Below, one piece after another: positions 1 to 10,235 of a DNA stretch of 64,000 bases. The stretch is taken from NCBI GenBank assembly GCA_964539395.1, contig CAZIIU010000003.1, positions 24,353 to 88,352 of the forward strand, in the 5' to 3' direction. The position numbers and the translations under genes are program-made. Position 1 is the first letter of the stretch. The number at the start of each line of letters is the position of its first letter. Below the pieces are notes generated by a model. It worked only from the letters and a program-made list of their open reading frames with translations, was not told the DNA's origin and ran no database searches. Origin of the DNA: an uncultured Bacteroidaceae bacterium (GTDB lineage: Bacteria > Bacteroidota > Bacteroidia > Bacteroidales > GCA-2748055).

Positions 1-73
1 TGAAATGACCTATCCCGGACAGGTAAAAATAACGGTTATCAGGGAGACCCGTGCAGTCAATTACGCAAAGTAG
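1..73 (+). CDS. rny: 3' end of ribonuclease Y (partial; the 5' part lies outside the window)
   Basis: Hand translation of frame 2 gives EMTYPGQVKITVIRETRAVNYAK followed by a stop. This matches the conserved C-terminal tail of RNase Y. A terminator hairpin follows. Confidence 0.55.
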   Translation, partial: EMTYPGQVKITVIRETRAVNYAK

Positions 74-97
74 ACTTATTAAAGCAGATATATATAA

Positions 98-131
98 AGA
101 TCTCACTGTCTAAAAGCGAGATCTTTTTTTT
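98..131 (+). terminator. Intrinsic terminator after rny
   Basis: The stem is AGATCTC / GAGATCT with a 13-nt loop, followed by a run of 8 T. Confidence 0.6.
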
Positions 132-179
132 AACTTCATGGCCTGAACAGATCCTGGCTGGATCGAAAATAGATGTTTT

Positions 180-1235
180 GTGAAAAAAGTATTAGTTACA
201 GGGACCGCCGGATTTATCGGTTATCACCTTACGAAAAAGCTTCTGGGCCTTGGATATGAAGTAGTGGGTCTTGATTCGATCAACGACTATTACGATATAA
301 ACCTGAAATACGATCGCATTGAAAACACGGGAATAATGCGGGCCGGATTACAGTACGGAAAGATGTCTAATAGCACTACAGAGAGTGGCTATCGTTTTAT
401 GCAACTTCAACTTGAAGACAAAGAGCGGCTTGTAAAACTGTTCATGGATGAACGGTTTAATGTAGTAATTAACCTTGCAGCTCAGGCAGGGGTAAGGTAT
501 AGCCTATCGCATCCGGAGGTATACATCGGTAGCAACATCAGCGGTTTCTTAAATATCCTGGAAGCATGCAGGTCCATGTCCGTTGAAAATCTGATCTATG
601 CTAGCAGCAGCAGTGTATATGGATTAAATGCCGATATGCCATTCAAAGTGGGATCAAATGTTGATCACCCTGTAAGTCTCTATGCTGCAAGTAAGAAGAG
701 TAATGAGCTGATGGCTCATACCTACAGCCATCTTTTTGGTATTCCAACGATTGGTTTAAGGTTTTTTACTGTCTACGGGCCTTGGGGAAGACCTGATATG
801 GCACTCTACCTGTTTACCGATGCCATTCTTAAGGGCAAACCTATTGAAGTTTTTAATCATGGTGATATGGAGCGCGATTTTACATATATTGATGACATCG
901 TGGGGGGTATTTCGAAAATGGTTGATCATCCCCCAGTGGCAGATAAAAACTGGAATCCGGAAAAACCAGATCCATCCTCCTCTTCAGCACCATACCGGCT
1001 CTATAATATCGGAAATAACAACCCTGTGAAATTACTCGATTTTATCCATGCGATCGAACGAGAAACAGGCAGGCAGGCTGAGAAAATCATGAAACCATTG
1101 CAACCAGGCGATGTTAAAAAAACATGGGCTGATGTTGATGCCCTGGTGAATGATTATAATTATCGACCAGGGACTCCTGTTGAGGTGGGTATTAAAAACT
1201 TCATTAATTGGTACAGATCGTATTACAGGATATGA
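180..1235 (+). CDS. NAD-dependent nucleotide-sugar epimerase (UDP-glucuronate 4-epimerase-like, extended SDR family)
   Basis: The N-terminus has the Rossmann motif VTGTAGFIGYHL. The YAASK catalytic motif is present, and the overall layout is typical of GalE/Cap1J-type epimerases. The start codon is GTG. Confidence 0.85.
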   Translation: MKKVLVTGTAGFIGYHLTKKLLGLGYEVVGLDSINDYYDINLKYDRIENTGIMRAGLQYGKMSNSTTESGYRFMQLQLEDKERLVKLFMDERFNVVINLAAQAGVRYSLSHPEVYIGSNISGFLNILEACRSMSVENLIYASSSSVYGLNADMPFKVGSNVDHPVSLYAASKKSNELMAHTYSHLFGIPTIGLRFFTVYGPWGRPDMALYLFTDAILKGKPIEVFNHGDMERDFTYIDDIVGGISKMVDHPPVADKNWNPEKPDPSSSSAPYRLYNIGNNNPVKLLDFIHAIERETGRQAEKIMKPLQPGDVKKTWADVDALVNDYNYRPGTPVEVGIKNFINWYRSYYRI

Positions 1236-2104
1236 TCTGTACTTCCCTTTCTGAGTATATCTATTAATTCCCTGATAAAAGAGGCCTTTTCTTCCATCCT
1301 TGAGGTTGAATATGCAAAGTGCAACCCCTCGGCTAACCGTGCAATGGTATCGATATTGGAGCATGGACGCATATAGTCAGGATTTAACTCCATTTTTTGC
1401 TGCTTCAGAAAATGTTTCACTTCATCTCTGCCCAGTATTGTGCCCCGACTATAGGGATTGATGTAGAACATGATGCCATCAGGGTCATTTATGTATCCCG
1501 GATCATGATAGCAGACCAGGAAATTATATGGAAGATCCACACAGTAGATTGGCAATTGAAGCCTGGCTGCAATCTCCGCATATATCACAGAAAGAGTTAC
1601 AGGCAATCCCTTACCTGTATCGAGTATATGATTGATAAAAAAAAGCTGGGGTGATTGCACCCCACGTACCGACCTGTTGAATTTATGGACATTGAAAAGA
1701 AAATGATTGATGATACGAACGTTCTCCATTGCCGTCAGCCGGTTACTCATCTCAAGCCAGATCTGAGTACGTAATTCATCCAGTTTGCTGTCAATCTCAT
1801 TGAATTGCAGCTCAGGGTAGTGCGACTTGGCAATAAGGTAGGCGCCGTACACCAGTTGGTCCCCCCGACAATCGCTCCAGTCTTTTAGCTCCTTCCGGAT
1901 TGCAGCCCGCTGAATAAGGAGAATTACATTTTCGATGCTCTCCTGCAATCCAATATTTCCAGCTGATTCCCATTTATATTCAAGTATTTTGATCGCCGCT
2001 TCACCATACTCCAACAGCTTTTCGATCACCGGCATTTGAACCGATGCGTCCGGATCATCAAGCAATGAAACAAGTGCCTCTATCTCCTGGTTAGTTTTTA
2101 TCAT
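1223..2104 (-). CDS. Transglutaminase-like / SirB1-family protein
   Basis: The central segment INHFLF..GKGLPVTLSVIYAEIAARLQLPIYCVDLPYNFLV resembles the SirB1/transglutaminase-like fold family. The call is by family only. Confidence 0.55.
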   Translation of the reverse strand: MIKTNQEIEALVSLLDDPDASVQMPVIEKLLEYGEAAIKILEYKWESAGNIGLQESIENVILLIQRAAIRKELKDWSDCRGDQLVYGAYLIAKSHYPELQFNEIDSKLDELRTQIWLEMSNRLTAMENVRIINHFLFNVHKFNRSVRGVQSPQLFFINHILDTGKGLPVTLSVIYAEIAARLQLPIYCVDLPYNFLVCYHDPGYINDPDGIMFYINPYSRGTILGRDEVKHFLKQQKMELNPDYMRPCSNIDTIARLAEGLHFAYSTSRMEEKASFIRELIDILRKGSTDHIL

Positions 2105-2984
2105 TCTCCAATATACGTTGAAGCACCTCTTCTAAAAGAGTCAGCATTTGTAATTTATATTCAGTTAAAAAAGCCCCTGTAATCCTGTTTGCCAGAGCAA
2201 TACAAATTGTCATGGCCTCATGACCAAGCAGTCGAGAAAGTCCATATAGCGCTGAACCCTCCATCTCGAAATTGTTGATCCGGAATTCACCTGATCTGAA
2301 ACATGCTATTTTTTCAATATAAGCTGTATCGCTTACCTCTGCTCTGATTGATCTCCCCTGTGGTGCGTAGAACCCGGGTGATGATAATGTGATACCTGAA
2401 AAATACTGTTCGCTCCAGGCTTTTTTTAATAGTTTTTCTGAAGCGTGTATAAAGTAGGGTCGACTGTTCTTGTCATTCCACTGCATGTAGTCACTGAACG
2501 CGTTCCCAAGGTCCGGATCTGTAACATCATTGATACCATTGTAGAAATAGATCAGGTTATCCAGTCCCCCCGAAATGGAGGAGAGTATTACACTGCCTGG
2601 TTCGATCTCAGCATGTAGTGCGCCACATGTTCCAATCCGCACCAGGTTAAGACTCGTTAATTGTTGCTTCACGGTCCTGCTGTTAAAGTCAATGTTTACC
2701 AATGCATCCAGTTCATTTACAACGATGTCTATGTTATCGGTGCCAATTCCGGTTGAAATCACAGAGACACGTCGTTTATTAAATGTGCCGGTATGGGTTA
2801 CAAATTCACGGTTCTTTACCTTTACATCGATATTTTCAAATAGTGACGACATGAGCTGAACCCTGCCGGGATCCCCAACAAGGAAAACCGTATCGGCAAT
2901 TTCGCCGGGTTTCAGGTGGAGGTGATAAATCCTGTTATCTGAGGTCAACACCAGTTCAGATTGCTCAATAGACCGCTTTTCCAT
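2091..2984 (-). CDS. Nucleoside phosphorylase family protein (PNP/UDP family 1)
   Basis: The motifs LVGDPGRV, ISTGIGTDNIDIVVNEL, RIGTCGA and EMEGSALY are typical of uridine/purine nucleoside phosphorylases. Confidence 0.7.
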   Translation of the reverse strand: MEKRSIEQSELVLTSDNRIYHLHLKPGEIADTVFLVGDPGRVQLMSSLFENIDVKVKNREFVTHTGTFNKRRVSVISTGIGTDNIDIVVNELDALVNIDFNSRTVKQQLTSLNLVRIGTCGALHAEIEPGSVILSSISGGLDNLIYFYNGINDVTDPDLGNAFSDYMQWNDKNSRPYFIHASEKLLKKAWSEQYFSGITLSSPGFYAPQGRSIRAEVSDTAYIEKIACFRSGEFRINNFEMEGSALYGLSRLLGHEAMTICIALANRITGAFLTEYKLQMLTLLEEVLQRILENDKN

Positions 2985-3104
2985 TCTTTTAATGGTTTGA
3001 TAACAAAATTAATGTAATTTTGCAGGCAATGGGAACAGTTTATAAACATTAAAAAACTGGTAGCTGTTTACAGATAATGGATTTAACAAACAAAAAAAAA
3101 GAGT

Positions 3105-3920
3105 ATGAACAAAAAAGCGCAATTCACTATTATAGCAGTAGCAGTGATCGGAGTATTGCTTCTGATCTTTGGCAGCCAAATGTTTTATGTGATAAAACCA
3201 GGTGAACGTGCCGTGATCTTTAAAAAATTCGCAGGTGGACTGGATAAGGATAATATCTTTACACCGGGCTTTCACATTATTGCTCCATGGAACGATATGA
3301 TCAAATACGATGTTCGTGAGCAGAAAAGTGAAGAAACTATGGATGTTCTTGATAAAGAGGGTCTTTCAGTTAACATCGACATTACTGTCATATTTAACCC
3401 TATGCACAATGCAATTGGTCATTTGCATGAAAATATCGGAGCCGACTACGTCACGGTTATGGTTATTCCGAATGTAAGGTCATCCGTTCGTGCAGTTACC
3501 GGAAGATTTTCGGCAGAGGAGATATATTCAACAAAACGGGCAGAAGTGGAGATGGCTATTATTGAGGCTACCAGGAAAGCACTTGCTGCAAAGAATATTG
3601 ACATGAAGGATCTTTTAATCAGGTCGATCATTCTTCCTGAAAAAATCAAGGATGCGATCGAATCAAAACTGCAACAGCAGCAGGAGGCGCTTGCCTACCA
3701 GTTTAGACTTGACAGGGAGAAGAGTGAAGCAGAACGCAAACGCATTGAGGCGCAAGGTATTTCTGATTATAACAGGTTGATCAGTGAATCGCTAACTGAC
3801 AGGATTTTGCAGCAAAAAGGAATTGATGCCACACTGGAACTGGCGAACTCGCCCAATTCAAAAATTGTTGTTATCGGAAGTGGTGATGATGGATTACCTT
3901 TGATATTGGGAAATAATTAA
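3105..3920 (+). CDS. SPFH/band-7 (prohibitin-like) membrane protein
   Basis: It has an N-terminal TM helix, an SPFH core, and a coiled-coil QQQEALAYQFRLDREKSEAERKRIEAQGISDY. A TAATTTTG box lies at 3015-3022. Confidence 0.85.
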   Translation: MNKKAQFTIIAVAVIGVLLLIFGSQMFYVIKPGERAVIFKKFAGGLDKDNIFTPGFHIIAPWNDMIKYDVREQKSEETMDVLDKEGLSVNIDITVIFNPMHNAIGHLHENIGADYVTVMVIPNVRSSVRAVTGRFSAEEIYSTKRAEVEMAIIEATRKALAAKNIDMKDLLIRSIILPEKIKDAIESKLQQQQEALAYQFRLDREKSEAERKRIEAQGISDYNRLISESLTDRILQQKGIDATLELANSPNSKIVVIGSGDDGLPLILGNN

Positions 3921-3933
3921 TCGCAATAGAGGC

Positions 3934-4392
3934 ATGCTACAGCGCAGTCAATCACTATACCTGTTTGTTGTTTTAATCCTTTCTATCCTTCTCTATACCG
4001 GACCACTGGCTTTTATAAACGCCGGAGAAGGGGGATATTATTTATACCATTCAGGTGTGACTGACCTTTCGGGAGAGAAAATGGATGTGTCAACCTGGCC
4101 GCTTACTGTGATGATCACTGTTTCGGTACTTCTTTCATTTCTGACTATCTTTTCGTACATGAAGAGGCCAAGGCAATTGAGATTAACGCTCTTCTTAATG
4201 TTTTTCAACCTGGGGTTTCTTGGTGTTGCGTACTATTTCGTAAAATACGTTATGCATAATCTGGGAGGTGAACAGTTTGTCTTCCAGTGGAGGGCTGTTA
4301 TTCCGCCTGTCATGCTGGTTCTGTTAATCATGGCTTTCAGGGGTATCAGAAAGGATGAACTGTTAGTGAAGGCATACGACAGGGTAAGATAG
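3934..4392 (+). CDS. DUF4293-type integral membrane protein
   Basis: The protein is 152 aa with 4 predicted TM helices. The N-terminus MLQRSQSLYLFVVLIL is typical of the Bacteroidota DUF4293 family. Confidence 0.6.
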   Translation: MLQRSQSLYLFVVLILSILLYTGPLAFINAGEGGYYLYHSGVTDLSGEKMDVSTWPLTVMITVSVLLSFLTIFSYMKRPRQLRLTLFLMFFNLGFLGVAYYFVKYVMHNLGGEQFVFQWRAVIPPVMLVLLIMAFRGIRKDELLVKAYDRVR

Positions 4393-4440
4393 GTGAAATA
4401 GCATACACGGATCGTGCTTCCGGGTAGGGTTGCTATAATG

Positions 4441-4479
4441 ATACTACGTCCGGCAAAACTGCCGAACGTAGTATTTTTA
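4441..4479. terminator. Hairpin between convergent genes (bidirectional terminator candidate)
   Basis: ATACTACGT..ACGTAGTAT forms a 9-bp stem with an inner CCGGCA/TGCCG pairing, followed by TTTTT. It lies between the DUF4293 gene and pyrI. Confidence 0.5.
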
Positions 4480-4932
4480 TAGCATGTAAAGATTCTCACT
4501 CGATGTGATCTTTTCACAGTAGTGACATTTCAGCTTGACATTCTCCTTTGCAATAATTGTGAATTTTGTCTTAACGGTTTCACTGTTTGTAATACATTTA
4601 GGGTTTACGCATTTGATGATCCCTTCCACAGCATCCGGTATCTCAACTTTCATTTTTTCCACAACTTCATAATTCCTGATAATGTTCAGCTTTGCGGAGG
4701 GAGCAACAAGTGCGATCTTGTTAATATCGCCCGTATCAAAAAACACCTCTGATAACTTGATGATCCCTTTCTTGCCGAGCTTTTTACTTTCCAGGTTATT
4801 TCCGAAAGTCATCAGCTTGTCAAGCTTATCGAGCCCAAGAATAGAAATAACCTTGAACAGACTGTTGGAGGTTATATGGTCAATCACTGTACCATCTTTT
4901 ATGGCTGTCACGATGAGCTGTTTGTCTTTCAT
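4477..4932 (-). CDS. pyrI: Aspartate carbamoyltransferase regulatory subunit
   Basis: The N-terminus contains AIKDGTVIDHI and the C-terminus has the zinc-binding motif CxxxxC...CxYC. It sits directly downstream of pyrB. Confidence 0.9.
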   Translation of the reverse strand: MKDKQLIVTAIKDGTVIDHITSNSLFKVISILGLDKLDKLMTFGNNLESKKLGKKGIIKLSEVFFDTGDINKIALVAPSAKLNIIRNYEVVEKMKVEIPDAVEGIIKCVNPKCITNSETVKTKFTIIAKENVKLKCHYCEKITSSENLYML

Positions 4933-4942
4933 AAAGGTTATC

Positions 4943-5851
4943 TTATTTAATTCCTAATATAGAGGTTATAATAGCCTGTCTTGTGTATACACCGTTCAGG
5001 GCCTGCTGAAAATAGTAAGCCTGAGGAGCATCGTCAACATCCAGGGCAATCTCATTAACCCTGGGGAGGGGATGAAGCACTTTCATGTTTTTCCTTGATC
5101 CCCCAAGCATAGAACGCTGCAGGATATATACACTTTTTACGCGCTCATATTCAATGGGATCAGTAAATCGTTCCTGTTGTACCCGGGTCATATAAATGAT
5201 GTCCGCCTCTCTCAGGTGGGTGTTGAAATCTTTGTTTTCAACATATTTTAACCCCTTCATATCAAGGTAAAGTTTATACTCTTCGGGCATCTTCAGTTCA
5301 TCGGGAGAGATGAAATAGAAAGTGGTGTTGAACTCCGACATTGCAATCAGCAGGGAATGCACCGTTCGTCCATATTTCAGGTCACCCACAAGGAACAGAT
5401 TCAAATTCTCGAGGGTACCCTGTGTTTTCCTGATGGAATAGAGATCAAGTAAAGTTTGCGTAGGATGTTGATTGGCACCGTCTCCGGCATTTATTATCGG
5501 TACGGATGCAAATTCACTGGCAAGTCTGGCTGCCCCTTCAAGAGGGTGCCGCATTATAATCAGGTCGCTATAACTGCTAACGATTCTGATTGAGTCTTTC
5601 AGGGTCTCTCCCTTAGATGTGCTTGTGGATGAGGAGTCGGAAAACCCCACAATCCTTCCTCCCAGCCGGTTGATGGCCGTTTCGAAACTTAACCTTGTTC
5701 TCGTTGAAGGTTCGAAAAAGAGAGTTGCTATAACATGGTCCTTCAACAGGTCCTGTGTTGGATTTTTCTCAAATTCAGCCGCCAGGTCAAGGATCCTGAT
5801 AAACTCCTCTTTTGAGAAGTCATTGATTGATACCAAACTTTTGTTCTTCAT
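4943..5851 (-). CDS. pyrB: Aspartate carbamoyltransferase catalytic subunit
   Basis: The STRTR, HPTQ and HPLPR motifs are present. The ORF extends to 5908, but the ATG at 5851 ([12 protein letters not shown]) fits the usual N-terminus. Confidence 0.9.
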   Translation of the reverse strand: MKNKSLVSINDFSKEEFIRILDLAAEFEKNPTQDLLKDHVIATLFFEPSTRTRLSFETAINRLGGRIVGFSDSSSTSTSKGETLKDSIRIVSSYSDLIIMRHPLEGAARLASEFASVPIINAGDGANQHPTQTLLDLYSIRKTQGTLENLNLFLVGDLKYGRTVHSLLIAMSEFNTTFYFISPDELKMPEEYKLYLDMKGLKYVENKDFNTHLREADIIYMTRVQQERFTDPIEYERVKSVYILQRSMLGGSRKNMKVLHPLPRVNEIALDVDDAPQAYYFQQALNGVYTRQAIITSILGIK

Positions 5852-5974
5852 ATATTTCCGTTCAGTTAATATACTGTTGCACTTTACCGGTTTTTTCAAT
5901 GTCTCCAACAGAATCTTCTACAAAGATAGTATGCATACTACTACAAATCCTCAATGTTAATAATATCTTAATAA

Positions 5975-6583
5975 TTATTCCGTTTCCAGTTTAATAAAAC
6001 TACAACCCTCTATCTGCCCAAGTCTGCCCGTCACAGACTCCTCCTTTTCAAGCTCGACTAAAAAAACAAAGGTGCATGACAAGCTGAAATCCTGGTCAAG
6101 CATTTCCAGTTGATGCTCCTTTATAATTGACATAATATCATTCATTTGTGCATAATCAAAGTATACACGATATTTGTTCCTGATATATCTCCGAACAATA
6201 CGACTTCCGGCTATAGCATTTCCGGCGGCAGTTCTGTATGCATTGATTAATCCGCCAACACCAAGCAATTTCCCTCCAAAATATCTGACTACCACGATTA
6301 TAATATTGGTCAGATCGTATTTTTCAAGCTGATTGAGTATGGGCTTTCCTGCGCTGTTGGACGGTTCGCCGTCATCATTTGCTCGCACAATAGCAGGATC
6401 TGTTCCAATTTTCCAGGCATAACAATGATGATTTGCATCGTGATATCTTTTTCTGATCCGGTCCAGAACCTCTTTCACTTCATATTCATTCTGAACCGGG
6501 AAAGCAAGAGCGATAAATTTGCTGCCCCGATCTTTGAAATTACCTTCTGAAGGTCCACCTATAGTGCGATAGGATGCTTTCAT
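5975..6583 (-). CDS. YigZ / IMPACT-family protein
   Basis: FKDRGSKFIA, HHCYAW and DDGEPSNSAG are signature motifs of UPF0029/IMPACT. The start is placed at the internal ATG (MKASYRT) so the gene abuts the upstream gene. Confidence 0.8.
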   Translation of the reverse strand: MKASYRTIGGPSEGNFKDRGSKFIALAFPVQNEYEVKEVLDRIRKRYHDANHHCYAWKIGTDPAIVRANDDGEPSNSAGKPILNQLEKYDLTNIIIVVVRYFGGKLLGVGGLINAYRTAAGNAIAGSRIVRRYIRNKYRVYFDYAQMNDIMSIIKEHQLEMLDQDFSLSCTFVFLVELEKEESVTGRLGQIEGCSFIKLETE

Positions 6584-6584
6584 T

Positions 6585-7466
6585 TTATGCCATTGAAAAA
6601 AGGATAATTGCCAGTACCGATATTCCTGTACCAATCCAATTTATTGCGTGCAGTTTCTCTTTGAAAACTAAGAGTCCTGAAAGAACACTCAAACTTACAA
6701 TACCAATATTGTTTGCTCCAAAAATGATTGAACTGTCAATCCGGGTACCGCCTGTACCGACATAATTAAGCGCTGAGACCATCATAAAGATCGATCCGAA
6801 GTTAACAATTCCTAATAGTATCCCCCAACTCCATACCTTACCTTTTCTGAATTCCCTGACCCCCTTTTTTCTGAAAGGCATTATTGCCAAACCTGTGAGA
6901 AATGCCATGAAGAACAGTACTGCGCTAAACAGGGCTGTATTTTCATTATGAACATATGTGTGTTGGGCAAATTTTACCAGGGAATCCACAATCCCCATTC
7001 CAATAAACAGAAGCAGTGGTATGAGCATTGTTTTTCTTTCTGAAGATGTTTTGCCCGGTTTATACACAGTTAGAAAAACACCTGTAAGTGCAGAAATTAC
7101 CGCTAAACCCTTGATAGCATTTAACTTGTCGGAAGGATCGATGCATATGGAGAATGCTATCGGGAATACCACGGACAACTTGCTGGCAACAGTAGTTATT
7201 GATATCCCTGCCTTTTCGGACGATCTGGCGACGATAAAGAACATAATGATAAAGAGAAAACCAATGATTATTGAAACGGGAATCCAGGGTGAAGTCAAAA
7301 TATCCGATACAGGAACCCTGTCGGTATTTATTAAAAGTCCGAGGACTGAAGCAACAAAATAGTTAATGACTATCACCGGAAAGGGAGTGATACCTCTCTG
7401 ACCAAGAAACTTGAATACGAGAAATATTCCGGTTGAGGAGAGTATTGACAGTCCAAGGTAAATCAT
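6585..7466 (-). CDS. EamA/DMT-superfamily membrane transporter
   Basis: The protein is 293 aa with about 10 hydrophobic helices in a two-halves layout. No catalytic motifs are visible. Confidence 0.6.
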   Translation of the reverse strand: MIYLGLSILSSTGIFLVFKFLGQRGITPFPVIVINYFVASVLGLLINTDRVPVSDILTSPWIPVSIIIGFLFIIMFFIVARSSEKAGISITTVASKLSVVFPIAFSICIDPSDKLNAIKGLAVISALTGVFLTVYKPGKTSSERKTMLIPLLLFIGMGIVDSLVKFAQHTYVHNENTALFSAVLFFMAFLTGLAIMPFRKKGVREFRKGKVWSWGILLGIVNFGSIFMMVSALNYVGTGGTRIDSSIIFGANNIGIVSLSVLSGLLVFKEKLHAINWIGTGISVLAIILFSMA

Positions 7467-7481
7467 GGCCTGCTTATCGGA

Positions 7482-8903
7482 TTACATCTTCAACTTCTTG
7501 TCCAACTCATCGATCTGGATTCTGAATCGTTTGTCAGTTTCGATTAGATTATTTATCGTTTTACACGCATGCAGTACTGTTGCATGATCCTTGCCTCCGA
7601 TCTGTGAACCGATTGTAGCAAGACTGGATTTCGTATAATTCTTTGAAAAGAACATTGCAACCTGCCTGGCCTGAACTATCTCACGCTTCCTGGTTCTGCT
7701 CTGCAGCTGTTCAAGTCCGATGTTATAGAAACTGCATACAACTTTCTGAATGTAATCGATCGAGACCTCCCTGTTCGTGTTCTTAATGAGTTTGTCGATC
7801 ATCTCCCTTGTAAGATCCAGGGTGATCTCCTTCTTGTTGAGTGTCGACTGGGCAAGCAGTGAGATCAGAGCACCCTCCAGTTCCCTGATATTATCTGTTA
7901 TGTGTGTTGCGATATATTCTAGCACCTCTTCGGGCATTTCTATACCATCGTTATAAGTCTTTTTTACAAGAATGGCCATCCGGGTTTCGTAATCGGGAGC
8001 CTGAAGATCTGCCGACAACCCCCACTTGAACCTGCTGATTAATCTCTGTTCAAGTCCCTGTAATTCAACCGGGGGTTTGTCTGATGTAAGTATTAGCTGT
8101 TTACCCGACTGGTGGAGATGATTAAAAATATGAAAGAAGGTGTCCTGGGTTTTCTCCTTTCCGGCAAACTCATGAACATCATCAATGATCAGAAGATCAA
8201 TCATCTGGTAAAAATGAAGAAAATCATTCTTGTTGTTGTTTCTGATCGCATCAACAAATTGTGTCTGAAACTTGTTGGCATTGACATACAATACCGTTTT
8301 GTCGGAGTACAGGTTTTTTACCTCTATTCCAATTGCCTGGGCAAGGTGGGTTTTTCCTAATCCGCTGTCGCCATATATGAGGAGAGGATTAAATGCGGTT
8401 CCCCCGGGGTTATTGGCTACGGCATATCCGGCGGAACGTGCCAGCCGGTTGCACTCACCCTCTACAAAATTTTCAAATGAGTTACCGGGATTAAGTCTCG
8501 GATCAATATCCAGTTTTTTGATCCCGGGTATAACAAAAGGGTTTTTTATCGAGTTGTCAGGAGAATCAAGTGGGACTTTTACAGGCAGGTTTTTTACCTC
8601 TTTTGAACTTTTTGCCGGAAATTTAACCGTATATGGTTTATTGTTGTTGTAGGAATTGTTCTGCATAACAACATTATATTCCAGCTTTGCTCCATCCCCA
8701 AGTTCCTTGATCAATACCTTTCGCAACAGGTCAAGATACTGTTCTTCAAGGTACTCGTAAAAAAACGGACTCGGGACCTGAATGGTTAATACATCCTGGT
8801 CGAGTTTTAAGGGTATGATCGGCTCAAACCATGTTCTGAAACTGATGGAAGGAACATTATCCTTGATTACATTGAGGCAGTTGTTCCAAACACGTTCATG
8901 CAT
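7482..8903 (-). CDS. dnaA: Chromosomal replication initiator protein DnaA
   Basis: It has the Walker A motif GDSGLGKTHL, the box VII/sensor motifs, and a C-terminal DNA-binding helix region with RQVAMFF and GGKDHATVLHA. Confidence 0.95.
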   Translation of the reverse strand: MHERVWNNCLNVIKDNVPSISFRTWFEPIIPLKLDQDVLTIQVPSPFFYEYLEEQYLDLLRKVLIKELGDGAKLEYNVVMQNNSYNNNKPYTVKFPAKSSKEVKNLPVKVPLDSPDNSIKNPFVIPGIKKLDIDPRLNPGNSFENFVEGECNRLARSAGYAVANNPGGTAFNPLLIYGDSGLGKTHLAQAIGIEVKNLYSDKTVLYVNANKFQTQFVDAIRNNNKNDFLHFYQMIDLLIIDDVHEFAGKEKTQDTFFHIFNHLHQSGKQLILTSDKPPVELQGLEQRLISRFKWGLSADLQAPDYETRMAILVKKTYNDGIEMPEEVLEYIATHITDNIRELEGALISLLAQSTLNKKEITLDLTREMIDKLIKNTNREVSIDYIQKVVCSFYNIGLEQLQSRTRKREIVQARQVAMFFSKNYTKSSLATIGSQIGGKDHATVLHACKTINNLIETDKRFRIQIDELDKKLKM

Positions 8904-9246
8904 TAAACGCTCATTTTAATAATTCGAAATAAGGGTTAGATGTAGCAAGAACAAATATTGTGAAAAAATAGCAATAAAAAAAGGGCTGAAGGACTTGACT
9001 ATTTGATTAAAAAGATATAAGCTTTAACCTCAATAGCTTATAATTCAAAAAAAAATGAAAAAAATATAAATAACTGATAATAAGTAATATACGACTTTCT
9101 TATCTTAAGAAATTGTTAATTAAATCTTTAGCCAACCTAATTCAATGTATGGTTTAATTCAATTGAAATCAGGCCAGAATTTTTCGTCAAAGGAATCATT
9201 CGAATGGTCAAAAACAGATAGCCTCTTTTTTCGTTTTCAGTCAAAA

Positions 9247-10167
9247 CTATCTGCTGAAGAGCGAAAAACTGACATATTTTTTCGGATTTTTATTCAGATC
9301 AGTTACAAGTGAATCCAGATCAGCAATGAGTTGACTGAGCTGTTGATACATGTTGTCCTCATTAATTAGTTTTCCAATGGATCCCTGTCCGTCATTAATC
9401 GATGCCATTATTTCCGCAAGATTATCAGTTACACTTCCCAGGTGAAGAATCAGTGAATCCAGTTCAGCAGCTTTCAACTGCTCAGTCAGACTGTCCATGT
9501 TGCTGATCGTGTTTTGGATTGATCCGCTCTTTGCACTGATACTGTTAGTGAGCACCTCCAGGTTTTCAAACGACCTGGAAAGGTTACCGGATTCCGACAA
9601 CTGATTATTCACAGATCCTGCAGCCTGATCAACGTGATTAAGAACGGACCTGAGGGAGGGATCTTTGAGTAAAACTGTCAGGGCTTCTCCAGCTGAGTCC
9701 AGTGTCTCCAGAAGATCGCCTGCCTGGTTAAGTACAGGAGAAAACCGGTCGAGGAGTGATGCGATCATGTCGTTTTCAATCTGACTATTCAGTGTGTCTC
9801 CCGCTTCCATAAAACCGGCTTCTTCCGACTGGATAATCCTAATGGCCCTGGATCCCAACAGGTCTGCACTGTATATTTCTGCCAAACTGTTGGTTCTTAT
9901 GGGATAGGCTTTATCAATTTCAAGATACACAGTAAACGGCACAGCTGCCTCAGTATTATAATCTATGTTATCAACTGTTCCTATCTTAAATCCATTCATC
10001 ATCACATTGCCTGATGGCTCGAGTCCGTTAACGTTATGAAATAATGCGATAAGGCTGTAATTACTACCTAAGACATTTTTGCCCTTCAAATAATTGATCC
10101 CCAATATAATAACTATCAGTGTAATGATTCCGGTAATGCCTATTTTTATTTCACCTGAAATTTTCAT
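9247..10167 (-). CDS. MlaD/MCE-domain protein
   Basis: An N-terminal TM helix is followed by an MCE core (NGLEPSGNVMMNGFKIGTVDNI) and a long helical C-terminal region. Confidence 0.8.
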   Translation of the reverse strand: MKISGEIKIGITGIITLIVIILGINYLKGKNVLGSNYSLIALFHNVNGLEPSGNVMMNGFKIGTVDNIDYNTEAAVPFTVYLEIDKAYPIRTNSLAEIYSADLLGSRAIRIIQSEEAGFMEAGDTLNSQIENDMIASLLDRFSPVLNQAGDLLETLDSAGEALTVLLKDPSLRSVLNHVDQAAGSVNNQLSESGNLSRSFENLEVLTNSISAKSGSIQNTISNMDSLTEQLKAAELDSLILHLGSVTDNLAEIMASINDGQGSIGKLINEDNMYQQLSQLIADLDSLVTDLNKNPKKYVSFSLFSR

Positions 10168-10235
10168 GTTTCCTCCGATTATAATTCGCTTACAACTACA
10201 CCAACCCCCTGAAAGAGCAGTGAGATATTTTTATT

